Shown here: positions 37,660 through 47,496 of the stretch, one piece after another
How positions within the stretch are numbered: the first letter of the stretch is position 1
How the letters are laid out: each line of letters starts with the position of its first letter
Assembly: GCA_041690135.1 (NCBI GenBank)
Contig: JAWLHY010000002.1
Coordinates: 848,342 to 912,341 of the forward strand
DNA length: 64,000 nt
Direction: 5' to 3'
Source of the DNA: Armatimonadota bacterium
GTDB taxonomy: Bacteria > Armatimonadota > SYMT01
Made by a program: the position numbers and the translations under genes
The notes under the pieces: model-generated
The model's database searches: none
Seen by the model: the letters and a program-made list of their open reading frames with translations, nothing else
Told to the model about the DNA's origin: nothing

Positions 37660-38561
37660 GAAGGAGATTCCGCCCGCAGGGCACCGCATTGGGTGGCGGG
37701 CGGGCACAGGAGAGCAAGATCGCGGTGGGCGAGCCGGGGATGCCGGTCGCTGTTTGCCGGGAGCCCCGGAGCGCCGACCGTATCCGCATCCCTCACACCC
37801 AGCGCCTGGGGAGCACAGACGCGGCGGGCGCAGAGGAGCGGAGAGAACTGAACGGAAGCGAGAACGGAGCCCGGAGCGGGAACGGGAACGGAGCGACGGT
37901 GGGCCTGGGGCGGTCCGTCGCCCGTGGTTAGCCCGTGCCGTAGTTTGGCGGGGGCGGGGTGGCGGTCCGCCCAGTAGTCAGGCCGGCCGGAGCGAAGTGG
38001 GAGTGAGAGCGGGGCGGAGTGGCAGCGGACGGGAAGGAACGGAGCGGGGACAGCCGGCCGTGGCCCCTGGTGACACGGGATCCGCACCGAACCCCCGTAA
38101 GAGTGACGAGACGGGCAGGCGTGTGGCGCATCCCACACCGGCCCCGCACGCCCGGCAATGGAGACGGAGCCCACTGCTGCGACCGTGTGCCGGGCCTACG
38201 GCAGCCGAACGAGCCTTCTCACTTTGCCGAGACCGGTTCGGGAGTGGCCTGGGTGTCCGAAATAGGAGTAGGAGTAGGAGTAGGACCGCGCACGCCCTGA
38301 CAAGCGTTCTGGCGCTCGCCGTCGATAAGCCCGCTTCTCATCGGGGCCGCCGCTCGGGGGTGGCGGGTGGGCGCTGGAAGGTCTGGGTTGCCGCGCCGTC
38401 CCCGTCGTACGGGTCAGGCGCACCGCATCCGATGTCGGAAAGCGCCTGGAGTGCGCAGACGCGGCGGGCACGGAGGAGCGCAGAGAACGGTGCCTACCCA
38501 ATAGAGTAAAGTGCGGCCGGAAACGCGATTTCGGGGCCTGTCGAACATCAGATCGGCAATG

Positions 38562-40457
38562 CTAGTGTAAGGAGCTAGGGTTGCTGAGCCCAGAAGGCGA
38601 TAGGAGCTTCTCACGAACCTGAAGATCATCTGGCCCGAGTTCGAGATGAGCTTTAATATTGTGTTGTTCTTGTTTAAACCAATCGATCATATGGGACGGT
38701 AGTTTCTTGCAGATCCAGTTCGATGCAAGATCCGCTTCCCCAGCAATGAGAGCGTTGGCATAGAACCCGGCGATGCTCCCCGTCTGGACATCACTTTCGG
38801 ACGACCAAGTGTAGTCCAAACTCTCCCGATACGCATCCATTCGCTTCCTCGCCAGGAATGGGAACTGAGCTGTGACTGTGCTGAATTTACTACCATCCCA
38901 GCCTACAACATGCGATATATCTGAATCGTCTGCATTGCTCCTTTCATAACCCAGGCTAACACTCACGGCTACCTCGGATATTCCGTTGCTGTCCATATCG
39001 GCAACTTCATAACCATTACTATTATTGATCGATCCTATGGTTAGACGCGTCACTTTCCCATCGTGAAGGCGGAGTATCTCAAACGACTGAAAGCCTCCGG
39101 AGCCTTCGCTCACACCCTTGAGACAAAGTTCATCTTCAGCCATATTATCGAGATTAGCGAATACCACTTCAACGAACGAGTCGTCAAAGGTATGTAGAAC
39201 TAGCCCTTTCTCATCTATCAACTCCACTCGTTGTTGTGGATATTCCAAGGCTAGATCTCCTAATGCAACCTTATACTTTGACCATCGCCATGTCCGTTTT
39301 AAAGTCCCCCTAAGTTCCGGGATGGGAACTGGGGTTGATTTATGATCTGATGTTTGCCTAATACCCGCCATTTGAACACTACCGTGCGTATACCAGAATA
39401 CACAACCGACCAGTGCTGGGGTTAGCAGGCATCCGGCGATCCAGTGCCAACCAAATGATTTTCCTAGAGTTGGATGGGTTTGTTCAATCGTTGACTCCCA
39501 ATCGACAGTTGGGTTGGACCCGGCAGTGCGGCACTGGAAGGTAATGTCGTTTATTTGATTGAGAGCTTCAACATCAGATCGTAGATTTGCTGTTCTTACG
39601 ATAATATTAGCTGTAGCAGCACCGAGATTCCAACCAGCTGATCCAAGACCTAGCCCGGCCTGTGCAGCAAAAACCGAAATCCAGCTTCCTCCGAATTTCA
39701 GTGCAATGAAACCGACCGCTGATCCACCTATGGCGCCGAATAATAAGTATGCCGGAATCCACTCCAGATGGGGATTTATAGCAAGCCGCTCTAACCGTAG
39801 GTTGAGCCGCCTCAGCTCAACCAAACGCATAGCACGTTCCTGAAAGACCACCTCTCTCCATTGAGCTATCTTCTTTTCGGACGCTGCCAGTAACAGACTC
39901 TTCTGGGATGCTTGATAGGCATATCGGTAGGCTGATTGCCATGTGCCATGCCGCAATGCCGTAACACTCATTTCCAAGAGCGTGTCGCCCTTCGTAAGCA
40001 GTGATAGGGTTAACCCTATGCCTGCCATAAGCGAAAGTGGGACAAATACGTGCGGTGCCGTCAATAAGCCGAGCACCTTCATTGCGGTACTGATAGTCCC
40101 GAAACTGGCCCCCATCATTCCGAGAGCGGATGCGGACGCCATGAAGATCCCGAATCCTGTAGCATCTGCCGCAGCGGCCATCCCCATGCTCGTGGCTGCC
40201 GTGATTAGACCTGCAGCAAAGGCAGTAGGAGTTGAAGTATCGATCCCAGGGTGACGCAGACGAAACGCCTGCATTTCAGGAGTGGAGACGACTGCTCGCC
40301 ATGGTGAAAACATCCACATCAGACCAAGCGCGACAATTGCGGCACCGATGCTTATCAAATCTGTCGGGGTGGCGGCAAGCCTTCCCGTGAAGCACCCAAT
40401 GATCAGACTCAGGACTAGCGAAAATGATAGAGAGCTCTTATAGGGCAATTTGTGCAT
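38562..40457 (-). CDS. Multi-TM membrane protein with a C-terminal extracytoplasmic domain (low GC)
   Basis: 631 aa; Gly/Ala-rich TM segments; DMDSNGISE FG-GAP-like motif. Confidence 0.7.
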   Translation of the reverse strand: MHKLPYKSSLSFSLVLSLIIGCFTGRLAATPTDLISIGAAIVALGLMWMFSPWRAVVSTPEMQAFRLRHPGIDTSTPTAFAAGLITAATSMGMAAAADATGFGIFMASASALGMMGASFGTISTAMKVLGLLTAPHVFVPLSLMAGIGLTLSLLTKGDTLLEMSVTALRHGTWQSAYRYAYQASQKSLLLAASEKKIAQWREVVFQERAMRLVELRRLNLRLERLAINPHLEWIPAYLLFGAIGGSAVGFIALKFGGSWISVFAAQAGLGLGSAGWNLGAATANIIVRTANLRSDVEALNQINDITFQCRTAGSNPTVDWESTIEQTHPTLGKSFGWHWIAGCLLTPALVGCVFWYTHGSVQMAGIRQTSDHKSTPVPIPELRGTLKRTWRWSKYKVALGDLALEYPQQRVELIDEKGLVLHTFDDSFVEVVFANLDNMAEDELCLKGVSEGSGGFQSFEILRLHDGKVTRLTIGSINNSNGYEVADMDSNGISEVAVSVSLGYERSNADDSDISHVVGWDGSKFSTVTAQFPFLARKRMDAYRESLDYTWSSESDVQTGSIAGFYANALIAGEADLASNWICKKLPSHMIDWFKQEQHNIKAHLELGPDDLQVREKLLSPSGLSNPSSLH

Positions 40458-40694
40458 GTGGGTTTCACTATGGTTAGGGCAGTGCGTTTTTGCGCGATAA
40501 CTACTCGGCCACGCAACCGTCCACGAGCATCCACACACCCATTGCTACTTCAAGAGGCATTGAACCAACGTTGGACGGCGAAGCGAGAGAATTGATAGCA
40601 ACCACTGCTGCCAGATTACGCCGGGCACGCAGAGCGAACTGGAGTGTAACGACCTGATTGAAGCTGCGGTGCCCGCTCGAATGGGTATCCGAGT

Positions 40695-41396
40695 TTACCC
40701 GCCGCACCGGCCGCAGGCCGTGTAGCCTTGGCCCTTCGCGACTTTGAGATTGATCGCGATAGAACTACGACGAAGTGAACTGCAGCCGGCGCGGTGATAC
40801 TTCTCGCCGGTGCGGGTGATGTAGACGGTGCGCGCTTCCACTGCGGGACGTGCGGGAGCACGAGCGACCACGGCGGGGCGTGGGTTGGCCGGTCGCAGCG
40901 CGGCGGGTTGGGGTGCCGGGCGGCTGGGGTTCCGGAACGCCCACGGCGGCTGCGGGTTGGCATCGGCCCACAGGCCACGGCGGGCGGCGCGGGCCTCGAT
41001 TTCCGCTTTGGCGATCTCGGTCTCGCTGCGGCCGTACTGGTGATACCACCAAGCGTAGCCGTTGCGGACCAGGGATAGATTGAGGCTGGAACCGTCGCCG
41101 AGTTTGACGACCCCTACCTTCCGACCGTAACGGTCCGTCTCCTTCACCTCAACCGTAACAGTCTTCTGGAAGCACTTCCCGGCGGTGAACTGCTTGGCAA
41201 CGCTGCCGAAAGGCTGGGCCGATTCCGGGGCGTCCACGGCGTGCAGGCGCACCTTTACCTGGGTCGTGCCGCGAAGGACGGTGAGAGTGTCGCCGTCGGA
41301 GAGTGCAACCACTTTCCCCGTAAAGGTGTCCTGCCCCACGCAGGGCACGGCGATCAACGAGCAGGCGAAGAGAAGAGGTAGGAATCTGCGCAACAT
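40695..41396 (-). CDS. Secreted thermonuclease (SNase family) with a C-terminal Ada-like metal-binding domain
   Basis: AGGAGG RBS, signal peptide; SDGDTL, VRLHAVDAPE, DRYGR, ARAARRGLW; VYITRTGEKYH..C...YTACGRC. Confidence 0.93.
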   Translation of the reverse strand: MLRRFLPLLFACSLIAVPCVGQDTFTGKVVALSDGDTLTVLRGTTQVKVRLHAVDAPESAQPFGSVAKQFTAGKCFQKTVTVEVKETDRYGRKVGVVKLGDGSSLNLSLVRNGYAWWYHQYGRSETEIAKAEIEARAARRGLWADANPQPPWAFRNPSRPAPQPAALRPANPRPAVVARAPARPAVEARTVYITRTGEKYHRAGCSSLRRSSIAINLKVAKGQGYTACGRCGG

Positions 41397-41817
41397 AGAG
41401 CCTCCTGCGGTCGAGGTGAGACGGAAGCAGGGTGACACCCGGATGGTTCGTCAAGTGCTGGGGGAATCCCTCCTACCCTACTGTTCGTGGGAGCCGACCT
41501 GGGAACGGCGAGTGGGCGGCGAGTGAAGATAACACCGAGGCACTGGATGGGCACACAGTGGATGCCGCCGAAAGCAGGGGCGTAGGGAGCGGCCGGACCG
41601 AGGAGCGGAACGGACGGGTAGCTTATCGAAAGCTATCGCACGTTCCGGAGTGAGGACAACGTCGGGCACGAAACACCCCCGAATCCGGCATAACGCGGCG
41701 GCCACGCGAGAGACGTGACCGCGATCACCTATGTCTGACGCCTGTTTCCGGGGTATGAGAGTATCAAACGGACGGATAGGCCATCCGAAGAGCAGGCGGT
41801 TAGCAGGTGAAAGGACC

Positions 41818-42300
41818 ATGGCGTGGAGAAAACCACCCCGGAAGCCATACAAACCTAGGAGTGCAGAGGGCACCTCTGCCATAATGGCAACCGTGCGTAG
41901 CACGAACAACAAGGCTGAGGTGGCGCTTCGGAAAGAACTTTGGCGACGGGGGTATCGTTACCGGCTTTACGATCACCATCTTCCTGGCCGGCCCGACATC
42001 CTCTTTCCTGGCGCACGCGTTATCATCTTTGTAGACGGTGATTTCTGGCACGGCCGCGCGCTGATCGAGCAGAACCCCGAAGCATTAGTGGAAGCCCTTA
42101 GAACTGAGCGTCGCGATTGGTGGCTGGCAAAGATCTCGCGAACTGTTGAGCGTGACCAGAAGAACACAGCACTTCTAACTGAGATGGGGTGGAGTGTTCT
42201 TCGGTTGTGGGAAAGTGAAGTAAAGACTGATCCTCGCGCGGCAGCGGACAGGGCTGCTCGCTTTATCGATGATGCTCGCCGACGATTGCATGCCCCATAG
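41818..42300 (+). CDS. vsr: Very short patch repair endonuclease
   Basis: MATVRSTNNKAE, LPGRPDI, IFVDGDFWHG, RD..N...L...GWSVLRLWE. Confidence 0.93.
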   Translation: MAWRKPPRKPYKPRSAEGTSAIMATVRSTNNKAEVALRKELWRRGYRYRLYDHHLPGRPDILFPGARVIIFVDGDFWHGRALIEQNPEALVEALRTERRDWWLAKISRTVERDQKNTALLTEMGWSVLRLWESEVKTDPRAAADRAARFIDDARRRLHAP

Positions 42301-42395
42301 ACGGAGCGGTAGGAGTTCTTCAGGCCCACCAAAGCAGTTCCACGACACCAGATTTCCGTGCTTCCAGCCACGACTTGGTGGCACCTAGTAAACCA

Positions 42396-43679
42396 ATGCG
42401 CAGTACAGAACAGCATCTACTTCCGTTCGTTGACCTTTTCTGCGGTGCAGGTGGGCTTTCCGTTGGGTTTGAGCAAGCTGGCTTCAAAGCAGTCTACGCT
42501 AACGACTTCGATCCACTCGCCGGCGCTACATATGCTTACAATCACCCGGAATGCCACGTGTGCGGCGATGACGTTGCGGAAGTCACCGCCGACTCAATAA
42601 AGAAGGCGGCTAATATAGACCGTGTCCCCCTGGTAATCGGTGGCCCGAATTGTCAGGGTGTCAGCCTTCGGGGCAAGAGAAACCCTGATGATCCAAAGAA
42701 TAGGGCCTTCTTCCACTTTAGAAGGTTGATTGGAGAGCTAAAGCCGGATTGGTTCGTGATGGAAAATGTGCCGGGGCTCCTTCACCGCCACAACCAATCG
42801 CTGTTGACCGCGATCTTTGAGGCATTCCATGACCTAGGCTATCGTTGTGGAGGTGAAGTTCTCCTGGCGGCTGACTATGGAGTCCCTCAACTACGTTACC
42901 GATTCATCCTCATCGGGAATCGCTGGGGTGAGCCCATTACCTTCCCCGACGCCACACACGCCTGTCCGATTCCGATTAGTACGGACCTCCACCTGTTTCC
43001 GGCTGACGAGCGGCCGCCGTGGCTAACTGTCCGTGACGCACTCTCTGATCTGCCCGCTATCGAGAATGGGGGGGGGCACGCCGAGATGGATTACCCGCCA
43101 ACCGATGGTCTACTTCCTTATCAAGAGTGGTGCCGCACTGGCGCGACAGTGCTAATGAACCATGTATGCCATCGTACCCCCCCCCGGAATATTGAACTGA
43201 TCAAACACATACCGCCTGGCAAGAACTGGAAGGCCATCCCCGAACAATTGCGGCCCGAGCGGTTTAAGCATGTGGCGCTAAAGGATCACACAACCACCTT
43301 TGGTAGACTGCGTTGGGACATGCCGTCTCGCACGGTGACCACTTACTTCAACAATATCAGTTCGGGCGCATTCACCCATCCGGAGCAGCATCGGGGCATT
43401 TCCGTGCGTGAAGGTGCGAGGTTACAGGCCTTTCCCGACACACATCGTTTCCTCGGAACTCTCGCGCGACAATACCGGCAGGTTGGAAATGCCGTACCTC
43501 CGCTACTGGCACGATACGTGGCCACGCACACACACCAACTTCTAACGCAACACCCTGTCTCAATGGAGCACACACACGAGGCGGCGGTGCAGTTCGACCC
43601 CCGAGTTGGCGCACTAATCTATCTCCGACCTGTCCAAGGAATGCGGTTCAATTTGGACAGGTATCTCGTAAGGAGCTAG
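42396..43679 (+). CDS. DNA (cytosine-5) methyltransferase
   Basis: DLFCGAGG (I), GGPNCQ (IV variant), MENVPG (VI), QLRYR (VIII), REGARLQAFPD (IX), QVGNAVPP (X). Confidence 0.95.
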   Translation: MRSTEQHLLPFVDLFCGAGGLSVGFEQAGFKAVYANDFDPLAGATYAYNHPECHVCGDDVAEVTADSIKKAANIDRVPLVIGGPNCQGVSLRGKRNPDDPKNRAFFHFRRLIGELKPDWFVMENVPGLLHRHNQSLLTAIFEAFHDLGYRCGGEVLLAADYGVPQLRYRFILIGNRWGEPITFPDATHACPIPISTDLHLFPADERPPWLTVRDALSDLPAIENGGGHAEMDYPPTDGLLPYQEWCRTGATVLMNHVCHRTPPRNIELIKHIPPGKNWKAIPEQLRPERFKHVALKDHTTTFGRLRWDMPSRTVTTYFNNISSGAFTHPEQHRGISVREGARLQAFPDTHRFLGTLARQYRQVGNAVPPLLARYVATHTHQLLTQHPVSMEHTHEAAVQFDPRVGALIYLRPVQGMRFNLDRYLVRS

Positions 43680-43682
43680 CAA

Positions 43683-44372
43683 GTGCCATTCCCTTCAATG
43701 GAACAGGTTATTGAGTCGGTCCGACGCTTGAACTACGATGACAAAGGCGACGAGATCCACACCTGCGGCCTGTGGCATATCTTGATCTTTCTTCGTCATC
43801 GCCGGCTCCACGGTATGCAGGAAGAGTACACGTTGTATGGAGATACGTTAGCCGTAGCGGCGTTTGACATCCTGGGGATCAACTTTGCCGACAATGCGCG
43901 AGATTTGGCCTACTATGAACCGGCAGCCACGGAAAAAAAGCCGCCGGAATATTTCCGAGTTGCTGGCGGTGTTCGCAACACCATTACGAACCGATTTCAG
44001 ACTGGTCTAAGTGGACTTGGGCCGAGGCAGCCTAATGTGGTCAGGATCAGTAAGGCGACGCTTCCATTAGACGTGAAACTCCATCCTGACTGGATTGACA
44101 ATCTTCGTGACCCTTCGCGGGGCAGAGGCAATCATGTAATTCTCGATCAACGAACCCGGGAGTTGATAACTTGGTTGTTCCGCTTCGGCGTGCCTTGCGT
44201 TGAAAATAGTACGAGTAGCCTAGCAGTGCAGCAGAGGAAGTATACTTTGCAACCGCAACCGAATTTGCGACTTCAACCACTCCCGACATCTAGTGAGGAG
44301 TTGAGAGCTTTAGTCGAGGATTTTTTGGGACTGCAGGCAGACCAGCGCAGCTCACTCCTTCCGAACTTGTAG
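43683..44372 (+). CDS. Hypothetical protein, probable DNA-recognition module of the McrB-like subunit
   Basis: AAGGAG RBS; 229 aa; same frame as the McrB-like ORF, separated by one TAG and three codons. Confidence 0.7.
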   Translation: MPFPSMEQVIESVRRLNYDDKGDEIHTCGLWHILIFLRHRRLHGMQEEYTLYGDTLAVAAFDILGINFADNARDLAYYEPAATEKKPPEYFRVAGGVRNTITNRFQTGLSGLGPRQPNVVRISKATLPLDVKLHPDWIDNLRDPSRGRGNHVILDQRTRELITWLFRFGVPCVENSTSSLAVQQRKYTLQPQPNLRLQPLPTSSEELRALVEDFLGLQADQRSSLLPNL

Positions 44373-44381
44373 GTTTTTAGA

Positions 44382-45680
44382 ATGCCGTATGAATGGGAAA
44401 GTGACGACCCGATTGTGCCTGTAGACTTGGCCGCCGCATTGCGGACGGAATATGGGGTCGCGGTCAATCAAGATAACGGTGTGGCTGACGATGGATGGGA
44501 TGAAGAGGGGCAGGAACCCGAGCAACTCCCACTAAGCCCGCGGATCCGCGTGGATCCGCGGGTCAAGCGAATGATCCGGGTGGCGATCGCCTCTTATCCG
44601 GCAGTGATCCTAGTTGGGCCGCCAGGAACTGGTAAGACCTCCCTGCTGCGAGAGGTGCTCGAGGAAGTAAATTCAAACCATGGCGCTTACGGGTTCAGCG
44701 CGCCACCGGGTGAGCCAATCAGAGTGACCCCTGATGAGAGTTGGACAGCGCGCGAACTGGTAGGTGGGGAAACGATTGACGCTGAGGGTAGATTGGCGTT
44801 CCGGCCGGGACATGTGTTGCGCGCTATTGCGGCTAATAAGTGGCTGGTGCTGGACGAGGCCAATCGGGGCGATATGGACAAGATCTTTGGTCCCATACTC
44901 ACCTGGCTGAGCGAGAACGCGGGCAGCCCCCCGGTGGATATCGGCAGGTTAAATACTGCTGACAATGCCCCTATCGTGCAACTTGCCTGGAGTGACGCTG
45001 AAGATTGTAGGGTGGACGAGATTTCTTCGGGTGAGGCTGATGGCGAAAGGTATTTGACTGCCGTGCAGTATGTCGCGGGGAAGCGGTGGAGACTGCTGGC
45101 ATCTTACAATCCTCTTGATGTCAATCGTGTGTTCCGCTTTGGTTTGGCTCTCGCTCGGCGCTTTGCCGAGATCCCAGTTCCAGCCCCATCACCCGAGGCA
45201 TTCCGTGTGGTGGTTAGGGATGCGGCGACTGGACTCCCTGAACAGGTGCCGATGACACTGGCCGCGCTATATGAAGCGCACCGGGCGGACACTTCCACGC
45301 GGCTAGGGCCCGCGATCTTTCTCCAAGCGATTCCCTATGTCCGCGCTGCGTTGGCTCTCCAAGGCCTTTTGGTGACGGATCAACCAAACGCTGGCGAGGA
45401 TGGCGCAGTGGAACAGATAGAGGCGCGCGGGCCGGAACATGAGGCTGAAGCTGATGCAGAGCGCAATCAGGTAACTGGTGAGGCGGCGGATGCGAGGCAG
45501 GCAACGCCTGAGCTCCTTATGCAACTCTTAGCCGAGGCTTACATGACCGTAGCCGGTAAGTATCTCGCGAAAAGAGAGGAAGGTGAGTTGGAGCAACTGT
45601 GGCGGCGAATCGAAAACAGTAATGCGCTGCCTTTGGGAGAGTGGGAATGGATAGTGGCGCTGTTACCGGACTTGGCGTAG
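44382..45680 (+). CDS. McrB-like AAA+ NTPase
   Basis: GPPGTGKT, LDEANR, YNPLD (NxxD signature), LARRF. Confidence 0.88.
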   Translation: MPYEWESDDPIVPVDLAAALRTEYGVAVNQDNGVADDGWDEEGQEPEQLPLSPRIRVDPRVKRMIRVAIASYPAVILVGPPGTGKTSLLREVLEEVNSNHGAYGFSAPPGEPIRVTPDESWTARELVGGETIDAEGRLAFRPGHVLRAIAANKWLVLDEANRGDMDKIFGPILTWLSENAGSPPVDIGRLNTADNAPIVQLAWSDAEDCRVDEISSGEADGERYLTAVQYVAGKRWRLLASYNPLDVNRVFRFGLALARRFAEIPVPAPSPEAFRVVVRDAATGLPEQVPMTLAALYEAHRADTSTRLGPAIFLQAIPYVRAALALQGLLVTDQPNAGEDGAVEQIEARGPEHEAEADAERNQVTGEAADARQATPELLMQLLAEAYMTVAGKYLAKREEGELEQLWRRIENSNALPLGEWEWIVALLPDLA

Positions 45681-46909
45681 CACCACCAATACCCGAGGCT
45701 GGCCTATTCGAGACTCTTCGGTCTTGGAGTGGAAAGGGGCAATTGTGGGAAGCCCTCGCGGCGGCTGCGCCGGAACCGCTAGCTAGCCGGCACTGGAGTT
45801 CTGGCGAAGTGGAGCGAAGAGCGCATCGGGTACTCTTTGAGCAGCTTACGCCATTCCTGGCCACGTGGCCTCGATCTCTTACCGAGTGGATGCACGTGCT
45901 CCCAGTGATTTCGCACCGTCGTCGGGAACTCGCTCCGGTCCCCAGTTCTGGTGTTTCATGGACAGAGACCCGAATGCGCGGTTGGCCGCCACGAGAGTTT
46001 GTGGTTCACTCCCGCCACCGGGACGCCGATACGGTTCTGCTGACAGCTCTCCGTTTCACCGTTGAAAGACTCTTGCGCGTCGCCACAGATGCGCGGTCAC
46101 TGGCAGGATCGTTAACTCACGCAGTAGACACACAGCTTCAAGTTGCTGCGCGGCTGATGGAAATAGAGCCACTGGCATCCGCTCAGCTGGCCATTCCGAC
46201 ACGCGCCGATGTGGCCGCCCTACGCTCCCAAGGACGGCCTTGGGGGGCTGTAGCGCAAGTAGCCGACTATTTGCGCCTACTTGACGGGACCGGTATTAGC
46301 GAACTAGCCACCAAGGCTGTAAGACCGGACCCGGAATTCGCTGGAGCTCTCTTCCATTTAGGGGTGCTGGGTGAACTTTTGCTGGCGCTATGCGAGCTTG
46401 GATTTACCATTGTTTCGCGGCGGCCGCTATCTGGCGGTTCCCCAGGACCGGCCTATCTAGTGAATACACCGGCCGGGGAGGTCTGGCAGTTATGGTTTGA
46501 GGCGGCTTCCATCCACAGCCATTCTAGGCGTCCATCTCCATATGCTGAAGCTCGCGCAGGTCTAGTCAATTCTGGCCCGCCAATTGGCGCTGACCTCATC
46601 CTAGTGCTACCGGGTTTTCGTGCACTCGTCATTGAGTGTAAGTATTCCGCAAGCGCAGCTTACGTAGCTAGCGGATACCACCAAGCGCTTTCGTACGCCA
46701 CCGAGATTCATCCATGGCTTGCCAAGCAGATCTTGACTACAGTAGTGGGACCGGAAGGTGTCGTTGGGACGGCGAGCTTCGGTAAGCTCCACTTTGGAGC
46801 AGTCGCCATAATGCCGCCGCAAGGCATCCGCCTTGCGCTCGCCCACTTGATGGGTTTACGGGACGGCATTTTGCCACCGTTCGAGACCGTCGACAATGGA
46901 GTTCGGTAA
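45641..46909 (+). CDS. McrC-like PD-(D/E)xK nuclease
   Basis: Overlaps the McrB-like stop; GADLIL...VIECKYS and Q..SY motifs near the C-terminus. Confidence 0.75.
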   Translation: MGMDSGAVTGLGVAPPIPEAGLFETLRSWSGKGQLWEALAAAAPEPLASRHWSSGEVERRAHRVLFEQLTPFLATWPRSLTEWMHVLPVISHRRRELAPVPSSGVSWTETRMRGWPPREFVVHSRHRDADTVLLTALRFTVERLLRVATDARSLAGSLTHAVDTQLQVAARLMEIEPLASAQLAIPTRADVAALRSQGRPWGAVAQVADYLRLLDGTGISELATKAVRPDPEFAGALFHLGVLGELLLALCELGFTIVSRRPLSGGSPGPAYLVNTPAGEVWQLWFEAASIHSHSRRPSPYAEARAGLVNSGPPIGADLILVLPGFRALVIECKYSASAAYVASGYHQALSYATEIHPWLAKQILTTVVGPEGVVGTASFGKLHFGAVAIMPPQGIRLALAHLMGLRDGILPPFETVDNGVR

Positions 46910-47496
46910 CGGTGCAACCGAAGTGGGCAATCATGGAACGGAAGTCTTGGGAGCCGACGCGCATCGATTAGATGGATTCCGGGGTGGGGTTTAGCGGGAA
47001 GTTGGGCGGGGCCGTGCTTGCACAGATCACGTGGCCGGTGCGGCTGTAAGAAGGCACATCTGCTGGGACGTATAGGCAGTGGGTGGACACAGGGTTGTGT
47101 ACATGCGCAACGGGCGTAGGGGGCCTCGAGGCGGAGCGGGTAGTTTGCGACAGGCGGTGCGGCGTGCCCTGTTGGGGCAGGTCGCAAGTAAGGAAGCGAA
47201 ACTGGCAGAAGAAGATAGACGCCGCCGCCGTTCTAGCGGATCCCGGCAGCGGTTGAACCGGAGAGGCCACGAGCGCAGGGCTGTAGATGTGAAGGGCGGG
47301 TGCCCTACGCAAGCCTGGAAGCCCGGTGCAGTTTGCCGGGTTGCCAGGCTTGTGTATCGGAGCGGGCACCCCGAGGAGTAAGCAGGGCCGACCTTATGAC
47401 CGGAGAGCGGTGCCGGTTCGGATTGGGGTCGGTGTGGCCTGGAGGTGGAAGTGTCGCCAGGCCTGATACCGGGGTGGTGAAGTTCCGAACCTCGCC

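Noticed and set aside
37395-38174. N-terminal extension of the SWIM ORF (435 aa)
   Set aside because: Runs through hairpin/repeat DNA; a GGAGG RBS supports the start at 37394
46910-47496. ORFs or oriT in the gap after the McrC-like gene
   Set aside because: Short ORFs have no motif or RBS support; only a weak ttgcgac/gtcgcaa inverted repeat is present
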